DNA from: Candidatus Moraniibacteriota bacterium
GTDB taxonomy: Bacteria; Patescibacteriota; Minisyncoccia; Moranbacterales; GWC2-37-73
Assembly: GCA_013336225.1 (NCBI GenBank)
Contig: JAAXUC010000001.1
Location: forward strand, 35,949 to 99,948
Reading direction: 5' to 3'
Length of the DNA: 64,000 bases
Below, piece after piece: positions 29,297 through 38,786 of this stretch. Each line of letters opens with the position of its first letter. Position 1 is the stretch's first letter. A program made the position numbers and the translations under genes. A model generated the notes under the pieces. The model did no database searches and was not told the DNA's origin. It was given only the letters and a program-made list of their open reading frames with translations.

Positions 29297-29441
29297 AAAT
29301 AGGTAATTAACCCCGGGGCAAGCCCCGAACCCTTTGGGTTTCCGCGGCAAGCCGCGAGGTATTAACTAATTTGTTATCATCACTCGCTCGGAAATGATTT
29401 TGTCTGCTGACAAATCATTTCGCTCGCTACGTTCGATAATA
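29297..29441. repeat. Compound palindromic element
   Basis: CGGGGCAAGCCCCG and CGCGGCAAGCCGCG hairpins, then GAAATGATTT-GTCTGCTGAC-AAATCATTTC flanked by CTCGCTCG/CGCTCGCT. Confidence 0.75.
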
Positions 29442-29484
29442 AAAACAAATTTTCCTGCAATACATTTCATTTCGAAACGTATTA

Positions 29485-30726
29485 ATGGACGTGTGGGTTA
29501 AGAAAAAACACATGAAAATCCAAATCAATCGTCAAATAAAAAATTCTCATGCAATCACAATTATGCTGCTTGCCCTTTTTTTGGCGAGTGAATTGATTGT
29601 GTTGCAAGAAAAAAGTTTGAAGTTTGAAGAGCCGGAAATTGTGATTGCAACTCAAAAGCAGCACAAAATTTTGGGTTTTGATGTGATTGAGCGTCCCAAG
29701 CCGGCGCCAGTTTCGATGCAAAAGCTCAAGGCGCAGGGTTGCGTGGCCGATGGCTTGCTTTCTGAATACAATCCTGAAAATGAAAATTTTGTGCAGCTCA
29801 TCAACAGGTCAAATTGCTATTATTTGCATCGTGCGATTGAAACATGGTTGAAACCGCCTGATTTTGAAACGGTCGGCTTTGTTATGAGTCAGGTCACTAA
29901 AAAAGATCTGGTATATGGCATGTTCATTGCCGAGGCAATCAATTTCAGAGCACACTATGTCAACGAGCCAAAAATGAGAGAATTTAATTTCAGAGAAATG
30001 TGTCGCAAAGGCAGTGAAAATGTTTGGGGAGAAGGAACTTGCAAGCCAACTTTTGCAAGTGTTGAATATCGCGATTACATTCAATACATCACTGAAAAGG
30101 CCATTGATGCTGGCGTGCAAAGTTTCACTTTCGGTCAGATTTACATGCAAGAAGGCGGCAAAAAGGATTATGCCGACAGCATTGTTTCCGACATGCGCGA
30201 ATATGCTAAAAAGAAAGATGTGGACATTGTGATTGGGGCGCAAACGGGATCGATTGATGATCCAAAATATTTGAAAATATTCGATTATATTGAGGGTGGA
30301 GTCGGCCTTGAGGCTGATGGCAGCATTGAAAATGGTCCTTGCTATTCAGGCAGAGGTGGTTGCTGGGCTCTTCTTTGGCATGACAACTTTGCCAGCAAAG
30401 CCAAAAATGTCTTGTTGCATCTCGATTGGTCAGGAATCCCTAGTGATGATTTGGACATTTTTGCGCGCATGCCTGCAGAGAAAAGAGCCCAAACATTGGA
30501 ACGGCTGTATGCAAAATTTTCATCACAAAATATGGGCTTCATGATGCCATATTTCGGAGTTTTGTATAAGGACAATGGCGGTTGCAATGGACCAAAGAAA
30601 AAATTCTATTCTCCAGACAAAAGCTATGCTTGTAAGGATGAAGATGTTATTAATGATATTTTAGCAGGAAAAAATGTCAACAATGCTGTTTCGGCAACTT
30701 CTTTGGCTGACAACGCTGGGACATGA
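29485..30726 (+). CDS. Hypothetical exported or membrane-anchored protein
   Basis: 413-aa ORF, N-terminal TM helix, aromatic- and Cys-rich. Confidence 0.75.
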   Translation: MDVWVKKKHMKIQINRQIKNSHAITIMLLALFLASELIVLQEKSLKFEEPEIVIATQKQHKILGFDVIERPKPAPVSMQKLKAQGCVADGLLSEYNPENENFVQLINRSNCYYLHRAIETWLKPPDFETVGFVMSQVTKKDLVYGMFIAEAINFRAHYVNEPKMREFNFREMCRKGSENVWGEGTCKPTFASVEYRDYIQYITEKAIDAGVQSFTFGQIYMQEGGKKDYADSIVSDMREYAKKKDVDIVIGAQTGSIDDPKYLKIFDYIEGGVGLEADGSIENGPCYSGRGGCWALLWHDNFASKAKNVLLHLDWSGIPSDDLDIFARMPAEKRAQTLERLYAKFSSQNMGFMMPYFGVLYKDNGGCNGPKKKFYSPDKSYACKDEDVINDILAGKNVNNAVSATSLADNAGT

Positions 30727-30864
30727 AAGTGAATTATTTACATTAAAGAATCATGCTTGACAGCCTTCTTGTTGTGGGCTATTTTATATTGAACATGTTT
30801 TTTTAAAAAATGATTGCAATCATCGATTGCAACATAAAATCCCCGGGAATAAGGAGATTCAATC

Positions 30865-31293
30865 ATGGAGCAACCACAGCGAGAAAAACTGGCAACAGAT
30901 GTGATCATGGAAAGATTGGGTGCAGGAAAAACGTATTTATTGCTGGGAGATGCAATGGACAAGAAGGTTGTCGGAAATTTCACTTTCAAGAGCTGGAGAG
31001 ATGTTTTTATTTCAGCGTCGATTGAACAAAATGCTAAAGTCGCAGCTTTTGCCTTTATTGAAATGAATAAACGGGCTGTTTCTTTGCCAGAGCTTGCTTT
31101 CAGCTTCATCTGTGAAAAAGATGAAGAAGCAGCTGCTGATCTGTTGCAACGCATGTCACAACTTGGAAGCACCAAGGATTGGCTGGGAATACTTGCTGGA
31201 TCCCTAAAGGGTTCCTATGCAATTCCAGCGCGCACAAGTCAGTTGGAAGTTTTTGGGGGAGATATTGTTAAAGCTGCTGTGCTAGACATCTAA
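30865..31293 (+). CDS. Hypothetical protein
   Basis: AAGGAG SD, upstream TTGACA promoter, downstream hairpin. Confidence 0.6.
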   Translation: MEQPQREKLATDVIMERLGAGKTYLLLGDAMDKKVVGNFTFKSWRDVFISASIEQNAKVAAFAFIEMNKRAVSLPELAFSFICEKDEEAAADLLQRMSQLGSTKDWLGILAGSLKGSYAIPARTSQLEVFGGDIVKAAVLDI

Positions 31294-31443
31294 AAAGCAG
31301 TAGTACAAAATATTACAAAAAGGAGGATTCAATTGAGTTCTCCTTTTTTCTTTGCCTATTGAAATTTAAAATGAAAGTTTTTCGCTTTTATTTACGTAGA
31401 AGAGAGAGTATGATTAAATTATAAATTATTAAGTTATAAAAAT

Positions 31444-31947
31444 ATGTCAAAGACACAAGAAGATCTGAAAGCTGCTTTTGCGGGTGAATCTCAAGCCAAT
31501 CGAAAATATTTGGCTTTTGCTAAAGCTGCTGAAAAAGAGGGTAAAACCAATTTGGCCAAGCTGTTCCGTGCTGTGGCTGAGGGGGAAACAGTGCATGCAC
31601 TCAAGCATCTCACCAATTTGGGCGAAGTGAAGGATTCAGTGGAAAATCTGAAAGCTGCTATTGCTGGAGAAACGTATGAAATTGAAAGCATGTACCCAGG
31701 CTTTATTGCTGATGCTCAGGCTGACGGCGAGAAAGTGGCGGAGATTGGCTTTTATGGTGCTAATGAAGTGGAAAAAATTCATCAAAAAGAATTTATTGCA
31801 GCATTTGGACAGATTGAAAATGGCATTGACATTGAAGGGCAAAAATATTTTGTTTGCCAAATTTGCGGCAAACTGGAATTGGGCGAAGCTCCGGAATTTT
31901 GTTCAATCTGCAAAGCACCAAAAGCAAGTTTCAATGAGATAGTATAG
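31444..31947 (+). CDS. Rubrerythrin
   Basis: AFAGESQANRKY, ETVH, EKIH, CQICG...CSIC. Confidence 0.95.
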   Translation: MSKTQEDLKAAFAGESQANRKYLAFAKAAEKEGKTNLAKLFRAVAEGETVHALKHLTNLGEVKDSVENLKAAIAGETYEIESMYPGFIADAQADGEKVAEIGFYGANEVEKIHQKEFIAAFGQIENGIDIEGQKYFVCQICGKLELGEAPEFCSICKAPKASFNEIV

Positions 31948-32098
31948 CTTTGATAGACGCGATTGTTAAAAGAGCAGGCATTTAATGCCTGCTCTTTACT
32001 TTATACAGATTATGGGTTAGAATAATGGCTCGGCGAAGAATTTAAAATTAAGTATTCCTTAAAAGCTAATGGCTAAAAGCCAAAAGCTAATCAATAGT

Positions 32099-33550
32099 AT
32101 GGCGAACAATGACGTTGCAGTTAGATTTAATAAAGTTTCCTTTGAATATTCTCAGGATAAGCCCATTTTGGATGAGGCTTCTTTTTCGCTGAGACGTGGG
32201 ACAAAAATGACTTTGATGGGTCAAAATGGTGCTGGAAAAAGCACGATTTTCAACTTGATTACGGGCGCTCTCAAAGAAGACGATGGTTCAATTTTCGTGG
32301 ATGAGCGTCTCAAGATTGCCTATGCCAAGCAAGTTATTCCGCGCGAAGATTTGGATCTCACAGTTAAGGAATTTTTTGAGAAATGTTTTGATGAAAAAAT
32401 GTATAATATTGATCCCAAGATTGATGCAGTGTTGGACGTGGTCAATTTGAAAGCTCCGCATGATAAAATTATTCGGGCTTTTTCAGGTGGGCAACAAGCA
32501 CGCTTGCTTTTGGCTTCAGCTTTGATTCAAAATCCAGACCTTTTGATTTTAGATGAACCGACGAACAATTTGGACAAAGCCGGCATTGCTCATCTGACTT
32601 CATTTTTGATTGGCTATCAAAAAACTTGCATTGTGATTTCGCATGATGCTGACTTTTTGAATTCTTTTACAGATGGAGTTTTATATTTGGATGTGTTCAC
32701 CCGAAAGGTGGATCAATATCTGGGAGACTACTATGTAGTGGTGGCTGAAATTGCAGCGCGAATTGAAAAGGAGGAAATGAAAAATGCGCAATATGAAAAG
32801 GAAATTATCGCCAACAAAGAAAAAGCAAACTTCTTTGCAAACAAAGGAGGAAAAATGCGTTTGGTGGCTCGTCGTATGCGCGAAAAGGCTGAAGAAATGG
32901 AGGAAGCAAAAGTGGATGTGCGCAAAGAAGATCAAGCCATCAGGGCTTTCACCATTCCTTCGCAGCCTGAACTGTCTGGAGATTTGTTAAAAATTTCTTC
33001 ACTGACTGTAATCGTGAATCATCATCCATATCCCAAGGATGCTAATGTTGGACTCAAAAAAAATCAACATCTCTTGTTGGCTGGTCCCAATGGAATCGGC
33101 AAAAGCACCCTTTTGGAATCATTGGCCGCCGGCAAAGCAGCTGGTGCCAAGATTGCTGAGGGTGTGCGCGTAGGATATTATCGTCAAGATTTTTCCACGC
33201 TTGATTTTGATGACACGGTCTATGAATCGTTGGCTGGTGTCATGGGCGGATCTGATGAGCACAAATTGCGCTCGGTTGCTTCTGGCTTTTTGCTGGACAA
33301 GAAAATCATGAGCTCCAAAGTGGGAACACTTTCCGAAGGACAAAAAGGCTTGGTTGCTTTTGCACGTCTGGTGCTGCAAGAACCAGGACTGCTCATTTTG
33401 GATGAACCGACCAATCACATAAACTTTCGTCATTTGCCAATTATCGCCCAGGCACTGAGCAAATATGAAGGCGCGATGGTGCTGGTTTCGCATGTGCCTG
33501 AATTTGTCGAACAAATCAGAATTGACGAGATTTTGGATTTGGAAAAGTAG
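32099..33550 (+). CDS. ABC-F family ATPase
   Basis: Two ABC cassettes (GQNGAGKS, GPNGIGKS, LDEPTN x2), no TM segments. Confidence 0.92.
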   Translation: MANNDVAVRFNKVSFEYSQDKPILDEASFSLRRGTKMTLMGQNGAGKSTIFNLITGALKEDDGSIFVDERLKIAYAKQVIPREDLDLTVKEFFEKCFDEKMYNIDPKIDAVLDVVNLKAPHDKIIRAFSGGQQARLLLASALIQNPDLLILDEPTNNLDKAGIAHLTSFLIGYQKTCIVISHDADFLNSFTDGVLYLDVFTRKVDQYLGDYYVVVAEIAARIEKEEMKNAQYEKEIIANKEKANFFANKGGKMRLVARRMREKAEEMEEAKVDVRKEDQAIRAFTIPSQPELSGDLLKISSLTVIVNHHPYPKDANVGLKKNQHLLLAGPNGIGKSTLLESLAAGKAAGAKIAEGVRVGYYRQDFSTLDFDDTVYESLAGVMGGSDEHKLRSVASGFLLDKKIMSSKVGTLSEGQKGLVAFARLVLQEPGLLILDEPTNHINFRHLPIIAQALSKYEGAMVLVSHVPEFVEQIRIDEILDLEK

Positions 33551-33566
33551 GTTGTTTCGATGCCTA

Positions 33567-33595
33567 TTGACTTTTTACATAAGAAGTGCTATCAT
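33567..33595 (+). promoter_or_regulatory. Sigma70 promoter of the cold-shock gene
   Basis: TTGACT-N17-TATCAT; long 5' leader. Confidence 0.65.
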
Positions 33596-33688
33596 TAAGA
33601 GGCAATAGTAGGTACTTCGCAATAGCCTAGTCGAGCTTTAATAGGCGCAGCCCAAACGTGCATTTAACTAAAACTATCAAACAACAAC

Positions 33689-33892
33689 ATGAACCAAGGA
33701 ACAATCAAACGTTTGACAGACCGAGGATTCGGATTCATTTCTCAAGAAGGAAGTGATAAGGATCTTTTCTTTCATGCAAAAGAACTTCAGAATGCTGAAT
33801 TCAACGAATTGCAAGAAGGAGACAAGGTTGAGTTCGAAGTAAGCGAAAGCCCAAAAGGACCAAACGCAATCAATGTATCAAAAATCAACTAA
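33689..33892 (+). CDS. Cold-shock protein
   Basis: RGFGFI and LFFH RNP motifs, 67 aa; terminator at 33919-33941. Confidence 0.95.
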   Translation: MNQGTIKRLTDRGFGFISQEGSDKDLFFHAKELQNAEFNELQEGDKVEFEVSESPKGPNAINVSKIN

Positions 33893-34003
33893 TACTTTCG
33901 TATTTAGATATTTTTATGAAAACCCTCTTTGGAGGGTTTTTGTTTTGCTAAAATCATTGTTGTGCTATGCTTTACTTGCAAGTGCTTGTTTTCTTGAAGA
34001 AAT

Positions 34004-34121
34004 ATTTTTGCTTTAGCTATTTCCTCTTTCGGCACGCTCGCAGTCGAAGAACTATGACTGCTTCGCTAAGAGTTCGCTGTCGCTCTCTATTGCCTCAAAA
34101 GAAAATAGCTAAAGCAAAAAT
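34004..34121. repeat. Structured MITE-like element, family B (copy 1)
   Basis: About 19-bp terminal inverted repeats around TTCGGCACGCTCGCA...TGCTTCGCTAAGA..TCGCTGTCGCTC.CTATTGCCTCAAAAGAAAA. Confidence 0.8.
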
Positions 34122-34213
34122 GGACAGTTGTTCAGTTGGGGAAGTTTTTTTGGATTTCATCTATTTTGCATTTTTATATTTCCAATTGGGTTAATTGTTA
34201 ATTGTTCACGTAT

Positions 34214-35266
34214 ATGGATTTGAAAACATTGGGTTGGGATTTATATCGCCAATCCTTAAAAGAAAATATTGAGCAAGAAAATGTTGCGCGCGTGGCTGTG
34301 GAAAACAGGGGCGGCTATTTGCTGTATGCTGCTGCCGGGGAACTGGAAGGAATTATTCAAGGAAAATTCATGCGCAGCGCAACATCTGAAATTGATTATC
34401 CAAAAGTTGGAGATTGGGTCAAAATTGAAAAACTTCCCAGCGAACAAAAAGCCATCATTAAGGAAATTCTTCCGCGCCATTCAAAACTCAGTAGAAAGAG
34501 AGCAGGGGAAGACATCGCAGAACAAATTATTGCAACCAATATCGATCTCGTTTTTATCGTCCAAGGCTTGGATGGTGATTTCAATATCAGCCGCTTGGAG
34601 CGTTATGTCGCCATGGCTAAAGAAGGAAATTGCAGGCCGATTATTTTGCTCAACAAAAGTGATCTTGCTTTAGATGCGGCAGAAAAAATTGAGCAAGTTA
34701 AAAGCATCCTGGTGGGCGTGGAAGTGTTTGCGGTGAGTGCTAAAAATGGAAACGGCATCGCAGCAGTGCACGCTTTCATTTCCAATGAAAAAACAGTGGT
34801 CTTCGTGGGATCTTCTGGGGTGGGAAAATCAACCTTGGTCAATGCGCTTTTGGGATTGGAAGCACAAAAAACTCAAGAGGTCAGATTGGATGACAGCCGA
34901 GGAAGGCATACAACCACTAAGCGAGAGTTGATCATTTTGCCCACAGGTGGCTTGTTGATAGACACTCCAGGCATGCGAGAATTGGGCCTCTGGGCTTCTC
35001 AGGATGCGGTAGGTGAGGCTTTTGATGACATTATGATATTTGCCCAGCAATGTAAATTCAACGACTGTAGCCACACACAGAGCGCAGGATGCATGGTGCT
35101 GAAGGCCCTGCAAGATGGTAAAATTGACCAAGAAAGGTATGACAGCTTCATTAAGCTATCTGGGAGCTTGGATCATTTTAAAGCTAAAAAAGACAAAAAT
35201 TCTGCACAAGCACAAAAAAGAAGCAGGCGAGGACTAATCAAGAAGCCAGAATTTACAAAAAAATAA
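34214..35266 (+). CDS. rsgA: Ribosome small subunit-dependent GTPase RsgA
   Basis: VGDWV, NKSD, GSSGVGKS, RGRHTTT, DTPG, CKFNDCSH..GC. Confidence 0.95.
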   Translation: MDLKTLGWDLYRQSLKENIEQENVARVAVENRGGYLLYAAAGELEGIIQGKFMRSATSEIDYPKVGDWVKIEKLPSEQKAIIKEILPRHSKLSRKRAGEDIAEQIIATNIDLVFIVQGLDGDFNISRLERYVAMAKEGNCRPIILLNKSDLALDAAEKIEQVKSILVGVEVFAVSAKNGNGIAAVHAFISNEKTVVFVGSSGVGKSTLVNALLGLEAQKTQEVRLDDSRGRHTTTKRELIILPTGGLLIDTPGMRELGLWASQDAVGEAFDDIMIFAQQCKFNDCSHTQSAGCMVLKALQDGKIDQERYDSFIKLSGSLDHFKAKKDKNSAQAQKRSRRGLIKKPEFTKK

Positions 35267-35284
35267 AATTGCCTTTTTTTGCCC

Positions 35285-35545
35285 GTTCAAGTCTCTCAGA
35301 GCTACAAATCAAAAAAAATCCCCTAAGGGATTTTTCTTCTTCGTGCGCTAGCAAAGTAACTCGTCGCTTGTTCGCCGTCGCTCACAAGCTCCTTGCCCTC
35401 GGTGGCGCCAAATGCTCATCCGCATTTGTCGGCGTTCGTTGCGAAAAATCTCTGCTGAAATTTTTCTAACTCACTGCCACCGGTTCAAGTCCCTCATCGC
35501 TACAAAAATAAAGAGATTCCTGACGGAATCTCTTTATGATTTTTG
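35285..35545 (-). other. tRNA-3'-mirror element at tRNA-Arg(TCG)
   Basis: Inverted tRNA 3' copies at 35482-35503 and 35285-35305; structured core 35352-35481. Confidence 0.8.
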
Positions 35546-35619
35546 TGCGCTCTGAGGGACTTGAACCCCCGACCCTCTGGTTCGAAGCCAGATACTCTAT
35601 CCAGCTGAGCTAAGAGCGC
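35546..35619 (-). tRNA. tRNA-Arg(TCG)
   Basis: GCGCTCT/AGAGCGC acceptor, TCTGG-CTTCGAA-CCAGA. Confidence 0.96.
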
Positions 35620-35652
35620 GCATTGCTTGAATTTTTTGTGAAATTTACACTG

Positions 35653-35725
35653 GGCGAGTACTGGGAGTCGAACCCAACTTCTCGGTACCACAAACCGATG
35701 TCTTAACCGATAGACGATACCCGCC
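35653..35725 (-). tRNA. tRNA-His(GTG)
   Basis: G-1/C73 identity pair, TCGGT-TTGTGGT-ACCGA. Confidence 0.96.
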
Positions 35726-35741
35726 ATATAATTTTTGCACG

Positions 35742-35813
35742 TACCCTCAGCAGGAATCGGACCTACATAACAAGCTTAGAAGGCTTGTGTTCTATCCATT
35801 GAACTATGAGGGC
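35742..35813 (-). tRNA. tRNA-Arg(TCT)
   Basis: GCCCTCA/TGAGGGT acceptor, CAAGC-CTTCTAA-GCTTG; T-loop TCCGATT. Confidence 0.93.
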
Positions 35814-35832
35814 AAGTCCTCCCTAAAAAAGG

Positions 35833-35989
35833 ATGTGGGTTATGCAGGATTTCTGCTCGCTCCGACTCGCAGCCTGGGTGCTACGCACAGAATGCTCGTA
35901 TTCCTCGCATCCTACTCGCACCCTTCGAATCTTTGCATATTTTAAATATTTTTTAAAAACTCTAAAAATAAAGAATTTTTAAAAAAATG
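35833..35989 (-). other. tRNA-3'-mirror element at tRNA-Lys(CTT)
   Basis: Direct copy 35833-35851 identical to 35987-36005; inverted copy 35924-35939; GC-rich core between them. Confidence 0.8.
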
Positions 35990-36062
35990 TGGGTTATGCA
36001 GGATTCGAACCTGCGACCGTCGGCTTAAGAGGCCGCTGCTCTACCAACTGAGCTAATAACCC
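35990..36062 (-). tRNA. tRNA-Lys(CTT)
   Basis: GGGTTAT/ATAACCC acceptor, CTCTTAA anticodon loop, TTCGAAT loop. Confidence 0.96.
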
Positions 36063-36125
36063 AAATTTTTAATAACTAGCCAAGTATAGCAGGTTTCTTG
36101 TGGTTAGTCAATCGGATAAAAAGGC

Positions 36126-37457
36126 TTACCTCTTTGTATTTGCAGCTGCTTTGGCCATATCCCTGAGCATTTTTTTATAATCCTTCCATTCATTTTCGGA
36201 CCAATTGGCTGGTTTTGCACTCAAAGTTGGTCCTCCTGGATGAGGATATCTGTATGGCGAGCCATAGGAACTGTTGAAAACATCATTGATCAACTCTGTG
36301 CCATTTTTGTCCAGCACGGTTTGAGTGAAATGTGCCTTGAGTGAGCCATCTGGTTGCCTATCTGTGGTATATGGTCCATCCACGGTGGTTTTTCTGCCAT
36401 CATCAGTTCCATAAAATGAGAACGTTAAAACTGTGCCTTCTATTTTTGCTTGAATGAGAATGTGATTCGGGGTGTTGTTCAAAAAGCGCAAATCTGGATT
36501 TGGAATATATATTGTTGAATCCATCCCTTGGGGATTGTAATAGGAAACGGGGTAGGCATGATTTCTGCGAGCGGTTATTTTTAAGCCGGAATAAATGGCG
36601 GCCCTGAAAGCTGTGCTGGAAACTTGGCAGACTCCACCACCAAATTCTGGTTCAGTGACATTATTTTTGATCACCAATTCAGGCAGATAGCCATGTTCAG
36701 CGTCAACTTCTCCAAGATTTTTCACAAAAGAAAATTCTTCTCCTGGTTTTATCAGCAGGCCATTGAAACGCGCCGTGGCAACTTTGATGTTGAAAACTCG
36801 ATTTTTTGGTGAGCCTTTGAAATTGGATGTGCCTTCGCCAATAAGGGCTGAAACCCCAAGGTTATTGATGTCGCCATAACTACCTTCTTTTTTGATGGAT
36901 TCAAATGGTAGAGAGATTTTTTCAGCAGTTGCTAAATCTTTTTTATTGAGGATATCGGTGATGGCCACTAAACTTTTTTCTATATCAAGTGCGACTCCTG
37001 GTTGGGGCTCTGAAAAAGTGACAACTTTTCCGTCTTCAACTTTAAATTTTGCATCAATGGAATCATGATTAACTTTGCGAGCCAAATCTTCCAAATATGT
37101 TTTGATGGCTTGAGTGTTTATGTTTGACTCCGAAGACAGTAATAGGTGACTGCGCTGGATTCTGGTCAAAGTGAGAGCACAAAAAAACTCATCCACTGGG
37201 CAGATTGTGGAATTTTCGATTTCGCTTTTAAGGTTTGGGGAAAGCGAAAAAGAAGTTGAGTGAGAAACCCAGCTATTCAGCAGGTCTTGAGAAATTGGTT
37301 CTGAATATTGATCGACAGCGATGGTTAGACTTGTTGCATTCATTGTTTCAGTTGCTGATTGCACATCTGAAGCTTGCGCAACCTGAGAGGTTACGAGCAG
37401 AAGTAGTATTAAAAAAGCTGTGTAAGAGTATTTTTGCATAGATTCAGCATACTGCAA
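36126..37457 (-). CDS. VanW family protein
   Basis: NRVFNI, IKPGEEFSF, GGGVCQVSST, RRNHAYPVSYY, DLRF.N. Confidence 0.9.
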   Translation of the reverse strand: MQYAESMQKYSYTAFLILLLLVTSQVAQASDVQSATETMNATSLTIAVDQYSEPISQDLLNSWVSHSTSFSLSPNLKSEIENSTICPVDEFFCALTLTRIQRSHLLLSSESNINTQAIKTYLEDLARKVNHDSIDAKFKVEDGKVVTFSEPQPGVALDIEKSLVAITDILNKKDLATAEKISLPFESIKKEGSYGDINNLGVSALIGEGTSNFKGSPKNRVFNIKVATARFNGLLIKPGEEFSFVKNLGEVDAEHGYLPELVIKNNVTEPEFGGGVCQVSSTAFRAAIYSGLKITARRNHAYPVSYYNPQGMDSTIYIPNPDLRFLNNTPNHILIQAKIEGTVLTFSFYGTDDGRKTTVDGPYTTDRQPDGSLKAHFTQTVLDKNGTELINDVFNSSYGSPYRYPHPGGPTLSAKPANWSENEWKDYKKMLRDMAKAAANTKR

Positions 37458-37591
37458 TTTTTGGATTATATCAAGAGTGTTGCAGGTTTTAGTTTTTAGA
37501 ATTTTAATTTTTTCTAATCAAAAAAGAAGACACAGTGTCTCCTTTTCTGCAACTCTAAAGCCTAAAAGCTAAGAACTAAAAGCTGATTTAT

Positions 37592-38113
37592 TTAGAATCC
37601 TCGCACTTGAATGCGTTTAATTTTGGTGGTGTCTGCTTTCGGAAGACGAATTGTCAAGATTCCATTTTTAAGGGAGGCTTCTGCTTTGTCTGAGATGATG
37701 TCGACAGGAAGCACAACTGAGCGTGAAAAATGTCCCCAATAACATTCTTGGTAATAATAATTTTCCACACTGACAGCTTCTTCATTTTTGCGTTCACCTT
37801 TGATGGTCACCATGTCGTTGTTGATGGAAACATCAAGATCCTCGGGTTTCACTCCTGCGATTGTTGATTTGATCACAATTTCCATGTCAGTTTGATAGAC
37901 ATCGATGGTGAGTTGTCCTTCTGCATCGCTGGAAAAATTTTCTTCTTCAGCGTACATGTGTTGCTGATGCTGTTGTGGCTCAGCGCGCATGATCATTTCT
38001 GTTTCCTCTTCTTCTGCATATATTGGCATATTTGATTGTTCCTGACGTCCATCTGAATCAATCGAAGTTGATCCAGTTACACGCTCGAAAAATGATTTTT
38101 TTGTTTTTAGCAT
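37592..38113 (-). CDS. Hsp20/alpha-crystallin small heat shock protein
   Basis: IDVYQT, GVKPEDLDV, ECYWGHFSRSVVLP, LKNGILTIRLPK. Confidence 0.93.
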   Translation of the reverse strand: MLKTKKSFFERVTGSTSIDSDGRQEQSNMPIYAEEEETEMIMRAEPQQHQQHMYAEEENFSSDAEGQLTIDVYQTDMEIVIKSTIAGVKPEDLDVSINNDMVTIKGERKNEEAVSVENYYYQECYWGHFSRSVVLPVDIISDKAEASLKNGILTIRLPKADTTKIKRIQVRGF

Positions 38114-38201
38114 AAAATTATATTTGAACCACCGACCAAGAAGATCGCTGATTTCCCCCTATTAAAAAATTAAGCCCCATATGAATATTATATGATGATT
38201 T

Positions 38202-38780
38202 TCAGTTCTGGGCAAGCTTGCTATTGATTCTAAAAATGTTGATAAAGTTATAAAGAATTAGCATTGCAAGTAAACCTAAGATTGCATAATTCATAACAAA
38301 TGTTCTGTTTAGGATTAAGAGATTGTAGGATCCATGAAAAAAAGTTGCCACCAAGATGGTTTGCAGTATCGTACTTATTTTTTTGGGATTTTTGATTGCC
38401 ACGAAATATCCGATGATGCCAGCTGTGCCAATATGAATGATGGCAATTTCGCTCAAAATTTGAATTTCAGGCAGGGCGCCGCTGATTGAGATTAGTGCCA
38501 GTTCGGTTGCAAAAAATCCAGCTCCCATTAAAAAAGAATTCATGATGTATGATCTTTTCAGGGATAGGAGGTCGATTTTTTTGGAGATGATAATATATTT
38601 GAAAATTTCTTCAGTGCAAGCCCCAGCAATTATTAGTTGGGGAATTGAAAAAAGTTGCGAAAAAGAAATGTCAGAAACTGAGCTTGTTGACATGGAAAAA
38701 ATCACGAAAACAACCAGCTCAATGATGAGTGCGCCAAGGGCTGCAATTATTCCCCAAAAAAATGATTCTAACTGTCGCAT
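38202..38780 (-). CDS. PrsW-like intramembrane protease
   Basis: EEIFK, GFFATE, H and HGSYN motifs in a TM protein. Confidence 0.75.
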   Translation of the reverse strand: MRQLESFFWGIIAALGALIIELVVFVIFSMSTSSVSDISFSQLFSIPQLIIAGACTEEIFKYIIISKKIDLLSLKRSYIMNSFLMGAGFFATELALISISGALPEIQILSEIAIIHIGTAGIIGYFVAIKNPKKISTILQTILVATFFHGSYNLLILNRTFVMNYAILGLLAMLILYNFINIFRINSKLAQN

Positions 38781-38786
38781 GATTTT

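Noticed and set aside
33967..34194. 75-aa ORF
   Set aside because: It is a translation of the family-B palindromic element with no protein signature.
35269..35727. ORFs 35269-35469 and 35500-35727
   Set aside because: They overlap the mirror element and tRNA genes; spurious.
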